From Saccostrea cucullata (taxonomy: Eukaryota): a DNA stretch of 64,000 nucleotides. The position numbers and the translations under genes are program-made. Positions 1-14,400 of this stretch are shown piece by piece. The notes under the pieces are model-generated. The model was not told the DNA's origin and searched no databases. It saw only the letters and a list, made by a program, of their open reading frames with translations. Numbering within the stretch: position 1 is the first letter of the stretch; each line of letters begins with the position of its first letter. Location: NCBI RefSeq assembly GCF_032062105.1, contig NW_026935415.1:1-64000 (forward strand), read 5' to 3'.

Positions 1-543
1 GAATAGGTACTGTTTCAATTACTTATTACATCTGTTTGTCATTTCTGTTCCATGCATAATTTAAAAGGTGAGTGGTTAGGCATAGAGACGTTCTGTTTAT
101 TGTTTCGTATATAAAAGCCTTACCAAAACATGCTCATTTTACACCAATAAAATGCCAAAATATTAATGACCAAACAGTAATTCAACTTGCAGATATTTTA
201 CTTTTAAAGTAAAATTTTCAGTAATTTCTATATCGGGAAACCATTCGTAAAAATACTTTACATGTACATAATTCTTTTAATACATACTGAATTTTGCCGA
301 TGAAAATGTCTTTAATATTCGAACTCTAACTTTAAAATGTAAATTGACATCATTTTTAATCAAAGTGACACATCTTTGGAAACTATCAAGATACCAAAAA
401 TAAACTTTCATTCTTTAAAGATAATTTTGTTCATGTAAGTTTATCATCACAGCACATCATAATTCGATAAAAAAACAGAGTTTATTGACTATAATTAACA
501 GATATTTTGAAATCGAAAAAAAGTTTGTATTGAACATATTTAG

Positions 544-941
544 GTACGTGTGCAGAGGCCATTGCCTTTCATGCCGATTTCAAACGTCATCTCAGGAATG
601 TTCCTGTAAACACCATTATTAAATTTGACAATGTCCAGTTGAACAAAGGCAAAGGATACGATCCAAAAACAGGGGTCTTTACAGCACCGGAGGATGGTCT
701 TTACTCTTTTGATTGGTTATCTATGTCTACGAGGGGTGCAAGTTTATACCTTTGCGTCGTTGTTGATCATGACTGCCGTGTGGGTACCTGCATTGATAAA
801 CAACAAAGTGGATCTACAACCGGACACTTTGTAACTGACCTGAAGAAAGGAAGCAGAGTATGGATCCGGGTTGCCTACCGCAATGCACAGTTAATTAATG
901 GTGCTTTGTACAATTACTTCTCTGGATTCAAAATCAATTAA
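544..941 (+). CDS. C1q-domain-containing protein, terminal exon (upstream exons not identified)
   Basis: Acceptor AG at 542-543. Frame reads TCAEAIAFHADFKRHLRNVPVNTIIKFDNVQLNKGKGYDPKTGVFTAPEDGLYSF...LKKGSRVWI...YNYFSGFKIN*, containing the gC1q motifs AF, F-x5-N-x-G-x2-YD-x2-TG-x-FTAP-x2-G-x-Y-x-F and FSGF. Confidence 0.92.
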
Positions 942-2569
942 CACTGAGGAACTCTGAGCACAAATCTAGAGTTGTAAAGTTTTATTCAATCTTTACATAT
1001 TGATTATAAAAATAAAATGTTGCTTGGGTCTTCTTGGCCCTTTATTTTTTTTTCATCTCAATTCTATTGTTATTTGGAACATGAGTATATACATGTACTA
1101 TCCTAATTATTTTTTTTTAGTAGGTATACTATCTAAGAAAACAAATCTTATTTATAGGTCTGCGTCCTGGATAATTTTGATGGGCATCAGTTTTAGAAAT
1201 GTTTGTAAGATACATCAGTGCTATTTACCCATTTCTATTTTATTTGGATACTGAAGGAAGTAAATTGGTTTATTTTTAGCCTCCAAACTTTGAATTACGT
1301 ATATGATATTTTATTGCAGCATTAGATAAAATAAAAACAATACAAAACAATATATAGTAGCAATGTAAATACACAAAATATCTATAATTCTTCATGTGTT
1401 TTTTTTTTTAAATCATCGGCATTATTACATTGTATAGATATAACCTTCTTAAGTTCGTGATATTTGTCCCCATTGTTCACAAAAAAGTGATATTAATATC
1501 TGTCTGCCTGTCTGTTCGTCCGCCTACATTTCTGTGTGTCTCTTACACATTTGTTTCTTAGAGATACCCGAGAAGTCTTTGAGTTTTTACAATGACATTT
1601 TACACTCCCTATGACTTAAGCAAGACCTCTATTTATTTTTGGATCAAAAGTCAGGGTCGTAAATTCAAACATTCTCTTTGTAGGTAAAATTTTTATTTCC
1701 AATATCACAAGTAGCTTCTAAGGCTTTGCCATGAAAATTTATATCATATCTCCTACGGACCCACCTGCCATTCTTAAAATGTCCCCTTTCTAGATCCACG
1801 CATACTCTACTCTATTTATATCTTAAGCTGGGAACACGACTTTTTAATTAGCTTATTGCTACTATTTATAATGACGAAGTATCGTTATATAAATGCAGAC
1901 CCTTTAGGTTTCATTTATGTATTCTATATGATTCACATCCAAATATATAAGTATAATCTTTCTCTTTGACAAAGATATATTACAACAAAAATGTGTTGTG
2001 AAGACTTCCAAAATAATACCTCATCTTTCGAAAAATTATATATACAAACGTATAATTATTTATTATTATCATTCGTTCAGAAATTTGATTCCTGAAAAAA
2101 AATTGTGTCAATCTCATGGTTTTCCGTATTGTTGTCATTGTAATATCAGAAATTTTCAAAGTCAATGATAGGAATTTAAAAAAAAGTTCCTCTAATAACT
2201 CGTATAACAGAGCGGTCATATTTAGTTGAAGCCATTTAGGAGACTCAAACAAAAACACTCAATAGGTCACTTTGATAGCTTTGATAGAGGATATGGGTTT
2301 GATATGTAGATATGGATGGCAGCATGAAATGATTTTATGAAGCACTCCCCTACGACCAATGCAATTAATTCTAATGATTTATATCACAAGCAGGATATGT
2401 ACATATATATTATAATTACCATACAGGCAAATCGAATATAACACGTTAAACACGACTCCGTGTATAAGACTTTTCAAAAAACGTTGTGAGAAACGATTGG
2501 ATTTTATTTAACCATGTCTTTGGTAATTAATGATATTTTTCAGCAAGAGGAAATGAAGTATGATTGATT

Positions 2570-2903
2570 TAAGGAATAACTGTCTTATTTTTCGAATTCA
2601 TGAAGTGATCAATGGATTGGCTTGTGTGATAATTTGCATAAACGCCGAAGGCGTTTATGCATAAAATTATCACACAAGCCAATCCATTGATCATCTTCAT
2701 GAATTCGAAAAATCTGACAGTTATTCCTTATATTTACATGCTTTGATTCCGCCAATCCACGGGCTCCAAGCCTGCTTCTCTCTAGGTGTTGTCCCGCCCT
2801 GCACGTGGTTTTTTTTGGAACCGCGCCAAAACATTCATGAAGAAATAAATTACATTTACAATTGGTAATTTGATCTCGGACAAAGACATTGGAAATGTAA
2901 ATA
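2570..2903. mobile_element. Non-autonomous Crypton-like element with 161-bp terminal hairpin
   Basis: Palindrome 2570-2730 (TAAGGAAT...ATTCCTTA; apex ATAAACGCC-GAA-GGCGTTTAT), followed by TATTTACAT whose inverse ATGTAAATA lies at 2895-2903. Same plan as the YR-coding element at 57815. Confidence 0.65.
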
Positions 2904-4468
2904 TTTTGCTTATGAACCATTTAAGAACAAAATGATAGAAGTGCATGTAGAGTCCTTTCTAATTAATTCTTTCTACTCACTATGACTACTGTTTCCCCAA
3001 TCTCTCACCAGAGGGCGTATTACGCTTCGTGACAACACCTCTGTCAACGTCTTAATGCCAAGATTCTTGGCAAAACTTACTTTTACCTTTTGCATCATAT
3101 ATTATAAATGTAAATTTTTATATTCTTGCTTAACATCTGAAATGAAAGTTTAATAATGAGAATTAAAATCAGATATCGCTTTTTCACCATATCTTTCGAG
3201 GGATTATTTCTCGGCAGGATATTACGAACGTGGAAAATGTAAAATGATAAATATCAACATATCGCATGGTTAAGTTTTTATAAACAAGCAACTTGCAGCA
3301 TTGACATATATATCAAAATGTAAAGGCGTTAATCTTCTTGTTATCCATTTTAAACAACATTTGAAAAAAATCTCGTTCCTTTGCTTCCGCACTACTTTTA
3401 GAAGTTGACAGAGGTATAAGTGGAACGATGATTCTGGGTAGAGATTGCTGATTCCCAACACAAGGATGCCTGGAACACAAAGCACAAGGACCTTACAAAG
3501 AAGACTTCGAAACTTAAAAGGTGGAAGATAAATGAACAAGCAAATTCAAAGAATTGTTGTTCCCCGTTTTCGGAGTCTTATAGTGGGTGAAACGGCATTA
3601 TTTATACCTTATTGTTTCAAATATGAACTCCCTTTCTAATGTCATTTAAAAGTATTTACCAAAGTTCTCAATAAAAAATATAAGAAAAAAAAACCTTTTT
3701 TCTTCTAAATCAAAAGTTATAAGGAAAGGTAACAGTTTACATATAGACAGAGTGCATTTAGAAAACTAAGTCATATTTCATGTTACATTAATTATGTATT
3801 CAAGGAACTCGTAGATAGGCAACATCTTACAACTGTTTACAAATAACGAAACCAGGATAAGGCTTCAATGGACATCACAGTACATCCTGTTTATTAACTT
3901 TAACTACTTATATATTCAATGTTTCTGTGTGCTCGTCAATTAAATTCAAATGATATTTTGAATAGTCCCTAAGCTAGAAAAAAAACAACAAATAATATAA
4001 AAAGAACCAAAAAAAAAATTTAAAACCCTATTTAGAGACCAAATTTTGTTGTTAATATCATAAACTAAATTTTAAATAGATACATTTTTTGAATGACTTT
4101 CATATAAAACGTGGTCAGCAAAAATTGCCAAGGCTTCAGGCCGGATGTGGTACCCGACAGCTAGGTGAAACAGGAATTGAATCAGAGCATATTAATTTTG
4201 TCCATAGGAATTCTTACGTCTATTCATTATATTTGGATGGCTGCTGTTATAATGCTGCAGAATTCTCTTCCAAAGCTGATTATTTTACTGTTTCTTCTTC
4301 ACGTGCACCATCTCTTGAAGAAATGTACATCTGAAAAATATTACAATGATATCATAAACAATTGACAAAAATAGACTTATAATTGTACTAGATTACAAAA
4401 TGCTTCAAATGCGAGGCGGTATTTGCTGTTTAAAGTAAAATGTGTTTGAAATTTATAATTATCAACTG

Positions 4469-4534
4469 CAATCTGATCATCTTACGCAGAGTGTATACGG
4501 CGCGGATCCAAGAAGTCTGATTATAATTAAATTG
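4469..4534. mobile_element. Internally deleted copy of the 10-bp-TSD foldback MITE (same family as 6936-7033)
   Basis: Contains CGCAGAGTGTATACGGCGCGGATCCAAGAAGTCTGATT; flanked by TTATCAACTG / TTATCAATTG. Confidence 0.65.
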
Positions 4535-5276
4535 TTATCAATTGTATCGTGAAACAATCTCCTTCTGTAAAATTACAATTTGAATATGTATTTCAGCATT
4601 AGTTCATTTTTTGACAAAAGAAAAATGTTAAACGAAAATCACTTACGTTAAAAAATAGTCCAGTTGGCTGTGATTGCGACGTTTTTAATTATGTACGAAT
4701 GAAATAATTGTTTAAAATTTTTGTAAACAAAGATGATTTTAGTATGATTTAAAATACGTCTCTATAAAAGATGAATATATTGGGAAAAAAAAATGAATAA
4801 TGAATGCATAAGAATTTTATCATGCCTTTTGTCAGTCCATGATAGTTTTTTTATCACCTCTCGTACGTACAAATAAATTTTACTCAACAATTCATATTTC
4901 AATTGCCCCAGATATGCAAAAAAAAATCTTTAGAGACACAACTCTAGTATGATAGGACTTCACTTTTTATTTGAATTAGCAACACATCATGAGTAACGAA
5001 TTTTAGCAATCCTGAACTCTTTAATTTATATTTAAAAGATTGAAATTTTTGTTTTCAATATTTGCATTATTGAGGGATAGTTGTCTGTCTATTACCCCAG
5101 AGACACGGTGAAAATCCCAATTAATCAAGCAAAATCCGCAATTACTTCTGTAGCAAATCCGTATTAAGATGCATACACAGGATATAATATATCCGTGACA
5201 AACGTACGAAAGTGTTTGAAATACATTTAGTGCGGCAGAGTTAATTAGTCGTAGGCATAGCACACCAGTTTGAAAG

Positions 5277-5455
5277 ATGAATTGGAAACTGTTTACGTTG
5301 GTTTTCTGTGCTTTGTTATTTGAAACTGTAATTGGAGATTGTGACATGAGGTGTACCTGCAGAAATTCGACCATATGCTCTGGAACATTCGCTGATTGCT
5401 CGAAGCAATCATTAACAATGGTACCTTCTACTCATCCTAGCGACACATGTGTTTT
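5277..5455 (+). CDS. LRR gene exon 1: signal peptide + LRRNT cap
   Basis: MNWKLFTLVFCALLFETVIG (hydrophobic leader), then DCDMRCTC...ADCSKQSLTMVPSTHPSDTCVL (LRRNT C-x3-C-x-C...C-x4-L-x2-VP); phase-2 donor TT|GTAAG at 5456. Confidence 0.9.
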
Positions 5456-8400
5456 GTAAGTATTTAGGTATAAAGCATATCCCTAATTTGATGATTTTCA
5501 TCATGGTATAAATGCCTTTGTCCGCCTACTTTATTAATCATTATATTTTTACATTTAAACGTAATAATCCTTGAAGTTAGATATTGCAGCGATTTCATTA
5601 CTCTAAACTTTAATATCCAATAAATTGATTCTTTTAATGATAATCTAAAATTTCGAGACTGTAAGTTTTTTTTTAAAATATTCTTTGGACATCAATCCTC
5701 CAAAGTAATTATATTTCATTCATTCATTTTTAATGACTCTTTGCAGTTTATAAAGCGTAAACGTCCCGAACCCATTTTATACAGTGTACATTTTATGTAT
5801 TGACATTGTGAAGCTAAGAAAAATTATATACGTGATCATTGCATAATAATAAATTTTATTCTGACATTTGCTCCACGTTTTTTTCTAGACGTCTGAGCGA
5901 GAACATGATAACCAAAATTGAGAACACCACACTTAATGGTTTGACAAACTTAGGAACATTGTAAGTTTTTTTCCTGACAGTTTCTTACTACTAATATGCT
6001 TTGGAGTATTAATTTTAATTACAAACAGTATAATAGAAGTTACTCACTAGATTTATTTAAAATATATAAAGAGGATGTTTAATGAATCTATCAAGGATTG
6101 CATGGATGAGTTAATGTGAAATACGTAATTCATATTGACGGAGAAATAAGTTGAGCCTTAATATAATGAAATCCTTATTTTATCCATTATTCATTGACGC
6201 TTCGTAGATTATAAAGCGTAAAATGCCCAAACTAAGTTTATATTCCGCCTATTAAATAATCTTTAGTCTTAAAATATATATTTGATGAGGTTGTTTTTAA
6301 TGATATCCTCTTTGAATCCATTGTTCATCGATGCTTCGCATCTTATAAAGAGTAAACTGTCCAAACCCAGTTTATATTGTAGCTATTAAATTTAGTCTTA
6401 AAATAGACATTGATGGTATTGAGATCGAGGCTAGAAAGAATAATTTATGTAATAATTGTCTTTTTAATTTTTTTACTTTCTCCTTAAAAATGCATTCGAA
6501 AAAAAGATTCATTTTGAAAAAAAAATGATTTTGGCATTCATTTTTTTTACATTTCTTTTTCAGAGAGTTGTACGATAACAAGATAACCGAAATAGAAGAC
6601 AGTGCATTCATTGATTTGGCAAATTTGGGACTTTTGTAGGTTTTTTTCTAATAGTTTTAAACAACAGATATATTTCTTAGAGTATCAACCCACCAAAGTA
6701 TAATACACTTTGATTTGATAAAACAATTTCAAGAGCAATAGTATCGTCTCTTGAATTTTTATTCGTGAAGAATAAACAAAGTAACCTAAATTTCGACGTT
6801 AATTTTTCACAATTTATTTCCAGATTTTTGAACGGAAACAAAATAACCACCATAACGAAGAGCACATTTGTGGGTTTGTCAAATCTAACACTTTTGTAAG
6901 TCTTTTTCCTTATAGTTCCTAACTACAGATATGTTCAATCTAATTAAAATCAGACTTCCTAGATCCGCGCCGTATTCACTCTGCGCAGAGTGAATACGGC
7001 GAAAATCTAGGAAGTCTGATTTTAATAAGATTGCAGATATGTTTTGGAATATCAACCCGATAATGTAAAATAAACTCTGTTTTTATTCAACAATTTCAAG
7101 AATTATGGTCTCCTAGATTATTTTACATTCAAATTGAGCCCTTAACCTTAAAAATCTGAATGTTTATAACGAAGTGTATGATAGAAATATATGTAACTCA
7201 CTAGATTAATTTGTAATATGTGACTATTATGTACGACTTATATTGAATTAAAGGAATAAGTTAATGTGTAATTCAGATTCATGTACCGTGTTGATGGAGG
7301 AAGAATTTGAACGTTTATATACAGTTCAACAGGGTTATACCGAAGTCAATCGGACAAACTAAATTACTTCGCTCTATCGTTAATTCATTATATCTGTATA
7401 AGGAATTCGTTTAATTTATGTAGCTGGGTATTCAAAATAACTTCATTCTTTCCTTGAATTCGCAATATCCGTCTTCGTACTAAACGGGTTTTACTGTAAT
7501 AAGATTGATAATTCTTGGGGTTGGCATAGTGAGGCTAGATCTATGCCTTCTTATCAAAATTATTGTTTAAAGAAAAGGGTAAAGTTATCATGATTTTTTG
7601 GGTGATATATACTAGCACTTGTATAAGTGACCATTCTTAATTCACTCTTAACTTTTTTTCCTTTAAGGTATGTGTATGAAAACAGCATCTCCACAATAGA
7701 GGATAACGCGTTCAATGATTTGACAAAATTAGAGAAACTGTAAGTTCTTTATTCAAAATATTTTTGGGATGTAAATCCTCTAAACTCATGACACTTCGCA
7801 GTTTATAAAGCGTAAACAACCCAAACTCAGTTTTAACGTGTAAATTTCAAGTTGTTGCATTGTGAAGCTAGTTGGAATTATTCACTTGTTAATTGACTTT
7901 TAAAGGCATTTATTTTTTAAAATTGAAGAAACTATAATTATGCATGAAAATGCTCTTGCTCTTGGCTTTCACTTTTCTCATTTTTTCCAGATATCTGTAC
8001 GAGAACATGATATCCAAAATTGGGAATAACACACTCACTGGTTTGACGAACTTAACAGAACTGTAAGTTGCTCTTGATTAATTCCTAAGGTTTTGGAGTA
8101 TTAATCAACCAAAGTATTATATACTATGTTTTTATTCTATAATTTCAATAACGATAGCATCGTCTTTTGGATTTTTTTCTCAACTTTTTATATTGCTCTG
8201 AACCTTTAGAACAAAGTATGATAGAAGTAGCTTACTTGATTTATTTGAAATGTATATGTGACGAATATGTATATTGAAATACTAGTATTTAAAGATTAAA
8301 AGGATAAATACGGGACGAGTAATTCAGATTTACGGATAAAAATGAGGTTGTTTATGTTAATATAGATCTAGTAAATGAAAGGTGCCTACAAAAATATCAA

Positions 8401-11400
8401 ATTTAAGAAATAAATTCCTTTATTGATGCTTTATAACTTTAGCTTGGTCAAATATAGTGTTTCGGGGCATAATTTGTAGGTAATCAAGATGAAAAATCAT
8501 ATTTTAATCTGTCGTTTCCAATAAAAAATTAAGAAAAATCGGTCATGAGTATGAGTTTTTTTTCAATATCAGAAAACGAAAATGTTTTCAGATTGTCTAC
8601 GGTCTATCAGAAAATTTGAATTTGTATTTTCCAGGCCTGTCTTTAAAATAGTGTCAAATTTAATATAGGTATCGGGACTATTTTTCATGTGATTCAAATT
8701 AAATTCTTTGAAAATACTTCATTTTCTACATAATTCTTTTAGAGTGATAAAGTACGGAAAAATGAAAGTTAAAAGTGATTACGACGTCATAATGCATCTA
8801 GCACCAAAAACTTAGTTAAAAGATATTTATTAGGTCTTCACCTTAAGGCCAGTAAGAATAAACCATGACCTAAATGTTTTTTTAAACAATTATAATTGTC
8901 TAAAAGGTAAAATGAGTGTGCCGGTAACTTGCACTTGAATGTATCCTCCTCACAATGTCTTTCAGGCTCATGCGCAGCAACAACATTACAACAATAGAGG
9001 ATAACGCTTTTAAAGATTTGACAAAATTGAGGAAACTGTAAGTTTGTAATTTAAAATATTTTTATAATACCAATCCACCAAACTATAATATCCAAATCAT
9101 GACACCCTTACTAATGTTATCGTGGTTTAAATTCAAGACACGTGGTTTAGGTTGACCTATTCAAAGGTTATAGGATAGAACCGGTTTTATAAATAAAACT
9201 GGCAGTAAACAGGAAATTGCTATAGTCTGTTTCTTTTGAAATCATGTCCTGTGAAAAAATTGTTTCAAGACGTTTCTGAAAATGATTTTCAACAGAAAAG
9301 GGTAGCTAGAGGGGGAGGGGATTAAAATAATAATATATCATCATTATTTATTGCGAAAATTAGAGCTCACTAGCGACCGATACGCTGGTAAAAAAAAATG
9401 TGTAATATCATCTGCACTGACAATTCTTTGTTTGCCTTATATGGCTATTGTTATTAATGCGCATGGACGATCTACCAATTGCAGATATGTTTTGGAATAT
9501 CAACCCGATAATGTAAAATAAACTCTATTTTTATTCAACAATTTCAGGAATTATGGTCTCCTAGATTATTTTACATTCAAATTGAGCCCTTAACCACAAG
9601 CAACTGACCAATCGTTGAATGAATAGCAACGTTTACCCCCAAGATATGTTTACATTTTACTTTTAATATATGTATCGAGAACCTCTTTCTCGTGGATTAT
9701 AATTGAACCTGTATTATTTAAACACACACATGTGAATAAGTTATGGTTGTGAAGAACGGAAAACTAAGTTTTAAGCTATCATGTCTTCACAATGAAATTA
9801 ACTATGAAAAAACACTCTAAGCTCATTAACATCTTGGCAATAAATATGTAAGTACAGGCACTTCACGTCCTTTCTTTCAATTTTTCTTTCAGAGATCTGG
9901 GTAAAAACGATATTACCACAATAAGTGATATGACATTTAGTGGTTTGACAAATTTACAAGACTTGTAAGTATCTGAGATTAGAAAGACTTTTAAAAAATA
10001 AGTTATAGTATATGAGGAGTGAAAAAAAATAATACACAAAAATTATATTACTCATGCATTTTTCTTTAATATTTAAAAAAGGAATACATCCCTAATGATT
10101 TAAAGCAATATGAGCTGCATGTTTAACATCGGAAAATTTTATAGCAAATTTGTAATTAACTAATTTAATGAAAGAAAAATAAAACATTTATAAACTTCTG
10201 TTGTTCAGATTTGCAATGGAAATTTTTTTATTAGCTTTGATTGAAGCAAAATTGAATTATTGTCGTCTTGTACAATAATGATTTCTTATTTAATACTGTA
10301 TATTCGGTCGTACAAAAATATTTCTTTTGAAACATTTTAAAACTTTATTTTGGGCTTATTGGTCATAAGGGTTTAAATTACATACAAATTAAGTATAATA
10401 GCACATTTTCCTAGCAAAATAAAATTCTCAAAGATACAGCTCAAATTGCTTTAAGAATTAACCCAATTCATATTGTTCATGTTTATAATGCTTTTATATT
10501 TTGTTTCATCACTTTCATTGATTTCTCGTAATTTTATGCTACATTTTAACTCTACTTCTTACCTGATTTTCTACTAACTATTCTAGCACCATTTTAAAAT
10601 TAATGAAACATAATACAAACAAAATTTGATACATTAATTTATATACATATACATTTCTTGGGTGATTTGGAATGGAAATAACACAAAATAAAAGAACCTC
10701 GAATATAAAGAAATCGTATTTTTTGGAGGGTTAGATATAACACTTTGTGTAGTTAAACATATACACAAGTTTGCAAATGATTTTGACATTGTGGCAAAAT
10801 GTATTAAAATTCTTCTAGTGTATCTGTAAAATATCATTAATGATTTTTATCAATAAGAAAAAGACAAATTATTACTAGATTTGGGTACATACATTTTATT
10901 TCTTATTACGAGGGTTGATCCAAAAGTAATGTCACAACTTTGATAAAATTGCTATTAATTGACGTAAAGCAACAAAATTATACACGATGGAAGCTTTATT
11001 TATTTCAAATCTGTCCTGATAAAAATCAAAGGAATATCAGGTATACTTTCTAAAATATCGGATTTTAAACAATGTGCGTTTATGGTAGTCGCCGCACCTA
11101 AATATAACGTCATATGACTGATACGCACCGTCAAACTTTTAAGCGTTTCCCCATTGTTTCATTAAAAAAATATTTGTGATTCGCAAACACTTTCACCAGT
11201 TCCATTTTTTAAAAGAGTTCTTTGTACCATTATACACTCACTCGTTTCATGATTAAGCCCTCTGTCAAAATTTTTTTACAGTAGCAAAGACAAACTTTGA
11301 AATACACATATGCATGTCACTCTATACATCTGTCTTTATTGACGTCAGACACCTTTGAACGTTTCCGTCCGATCTCCTATCTTTCGGTCTTTTTGTCCTC

Positions 11401-14400
11401 CGCTGATCATTCGGTGGCCAATCACCCGCCCAAAATTGCTGAAGCCATCTATTAAGATGTCTCTTATTGCGATTCTTTATTCTCTAAGTCTGATAAAATA
11501 ATGTTATTTCGCTTGTGATGAATCCCATATTTTGAAGCAACAAATGCATTACCGGTACAACTCGTCGAACCGGTTTTTTTTTTCCATTTCGACAGTCCTT
11601 TTGTTAAATTCAACAGAGTAAAACAACAATGTTTATGATCACAAATACCAATGTTGTCATTTAATTTTCAATTAAATACTAGAAAATGACGAGAACTGTG
11701 TCTTTACAAAAAATTGGAAGATTAAGTGCTTTTTTAGAATCTTTTTAGAGTGTTTGTCTTTTTCATTCTGAAAAATATTACACTTTAAAACGTGACGTTC
11801 CGTTGTGACGCGGCGACACCCCCTATACTCTATGTTTTAAACATCTATAAATTAAATAAAATAAACATTATTAAATTAAAATTTCAAGGTTGATTTGATT
11901 TATATCTGTGCATCTTTTGGTATGTTCTTTTTGATAATATGACGCCAAATATAACAGATATGGACACTGTGACATTACTTTTGGATCAACCCTCATATTT
12001 AGGATAATGTAAATAAATTTTTGCTTCACTTTGGGACAGTCTAACTTGCCCACTCACCCTCTTCTTCAATATTTTTTTCTGTATAATCATGCATACAACA
12101 AATATTTGAAATATTTTACACTTTACTTATGGCGCATTGTCCATCTGCCATCAAAAAATCTTTTAAAGATATGTCTTGCATTTATACATATGCTATTTTT
12201 TTTAATTGAAAAAGTTTGAAAATATTACACTCCAACTATTTTTGCAGTCGCATTGAAATACTATGCATATAATTTTTTGTTGTCCTGTATCATCAAGCTA
12301 TTTACGTTGATATGGAAGTTTCCTGCTTACATCAATTCCCCATTTTCAAAAGTGAGTTATCTCCCCTCAAAATCGGAACTCTTCTACACTAGCATAACTT
12401 CCGCGGACTACGCATTACAATAATCCAACAAAATAGTGATCAACTTACACGCTGCATTTAAAAATTTTAAAAGAAAGAAACGGTTTGCAATTTTTTTTAG
12501 ATAATAAGCGATTGTATAAAGGGTCTGTTACCCACCCACCCCCTTTCTAGACAGCTATACGAATTAGCCAGGCACGTAGCATCGTCTTTAAAAGGGGGGG
12601 GTGGCAGCCAAAGAAATATTTTTTTCTTACCTAGAAAAGTAGACAAGCAAAGAAAAACCTTGCCCAAAGTCGAAAAAGCTACTTATTTCAGTACCAGTTC
12701 CTTGGCATACAATACTTATTTCCCCTTATATAACTTTACCGTAGTATAAACTGTGTGTGTGGCAAGGGGGGGTGGCAACATGTCTTTTAACGAACATTTT
12801 CAATAGAAAAAGTAATATTGGGGAAAAAGTGGGGGTGGGGCTAGGCCCCTTGACCCCCCCCCACCCCCCACCCCCACCCCCCCGTTGCTACTTGCCTGTT
12901 AGCTGGCAAACAACTTCATCAGAAATTTGCAATTTTAATGTACGTTATTGTAATTTTTTCTTAAAATCTTACATGTATAATCTACAGGATACATCTTATT
13001 TATGTTTTTAAAAAGATAATTTACAAAGTACACGTAAGTTTTTAATAAGCGGTGTGGTGAAACCGGGAAGATGAATTTCGCTGGATGTCAGTTGAGTGTG
13101 TTACACACTTGAACTCAGAACTGACCATTAGAATGTTTCAAATCAACTTTCATGCGAATTTGATTGACACTGAGGTGACGCACGAGGGTTTTGAGCGTAC
13201 AGGTACAGAGAACGAATTTGTAAATGGATTGGACAGTTGAATATGAACCAAAGTTGTGGAAATTAAAAATTATTAGAATAAAACTAAAAATTCTTATATT
13301 TGATCTGCACATTTTGTAAATAATGATGATCCGTATGCAGAACATCCACTACCGAAAATTAGCTTTTGTTTTGTATTTTTTTTTAAAATAGGCCTATTCG
13401 AATATGTATCAGCATTTTATCAGTAATTTGTTTCGTTTTTTTTTGTAAGGGGGGGGGGGGGGGCTTACACAGTGCCTTATTATAATTCTATACAGATTAA
13501 TACAAATCCAGAAAGAGACAATGAGTGGGCAATTTAAAAAAATACGAATCAGTTAAGATTTCTTTTTATTCACAAACACAATAACATTTTTCCATATGAC
13601 AGAGGCATTACACCATGAACATGTTTACATCAAGAACGTCCGCGGAAGTGACTTTATTTATAGCGCATGCGTATTAAACACAGTAAAAGAGTTCCTTTCA
13701 GGGGAAATAACTCACCTTTTGAAAATGGGGAATATTTTTCAATTCAGTATTTTTCTTAATTCGATTTATTTTTATCAACTGAATCCATCATACATAAAAG
13801 ATGCTTTTAATTACATTTATGGGAGAATACCATGATACAATACAAAACAAAATGAAAATAAGCAGTCAAACCAGATTGATATATGTTAATCAGACAATAA
13901 GTATGGACTTAGAAATAAGGTGAGGCTGTATATATTGAGATTAAATATACTGAGTACCTCTGGTAGCATTGTGAGGGTAGTAAAATTATTCACCTGATTT
14001 ACATGCACTTTACATTTACTCTTATTTTATAGGTATCTATACGACAACAGCATTCAGACAATAGAGGTCAATGCTTTCAGGGATTTGACAAATTTGTGGA
14101 ATTTGTGAGTTTATTATATTATATATATTTTGGATTACATGTATGTCAATTGTACAAAATTCAATATCACATCTATGGATTCATTCACGAAGTAAAAAAA
14201 ATTATAGAGACTATAAGTTCGTTAATTGAAATATATTTTGGAAAAATCAAACCTACTAAATGTAATTGATTCAATCACGAATTAAGGTAGGTCGCGGGTT
14301 TACTGAATAAAAATTCCTACGAGAAAACATATTTTGAAAATTCGATATACTAGTAGTGTTCCTAAGATTTAGTCCTATTTTTACGCTTTACTATTGAATT

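Noticed and set aside
3380-4365. Coding-like stretches (ORFs 3270-3539, 4089-4334, 4165-4365)
   Set aside because: No recognisable motif or consistent splice structure; possibly decayed TE sequence.
12757-13011. Proline-rich ORF
   Set aside because: Arises from G/C homopolymer tracts of an intronic repeat.
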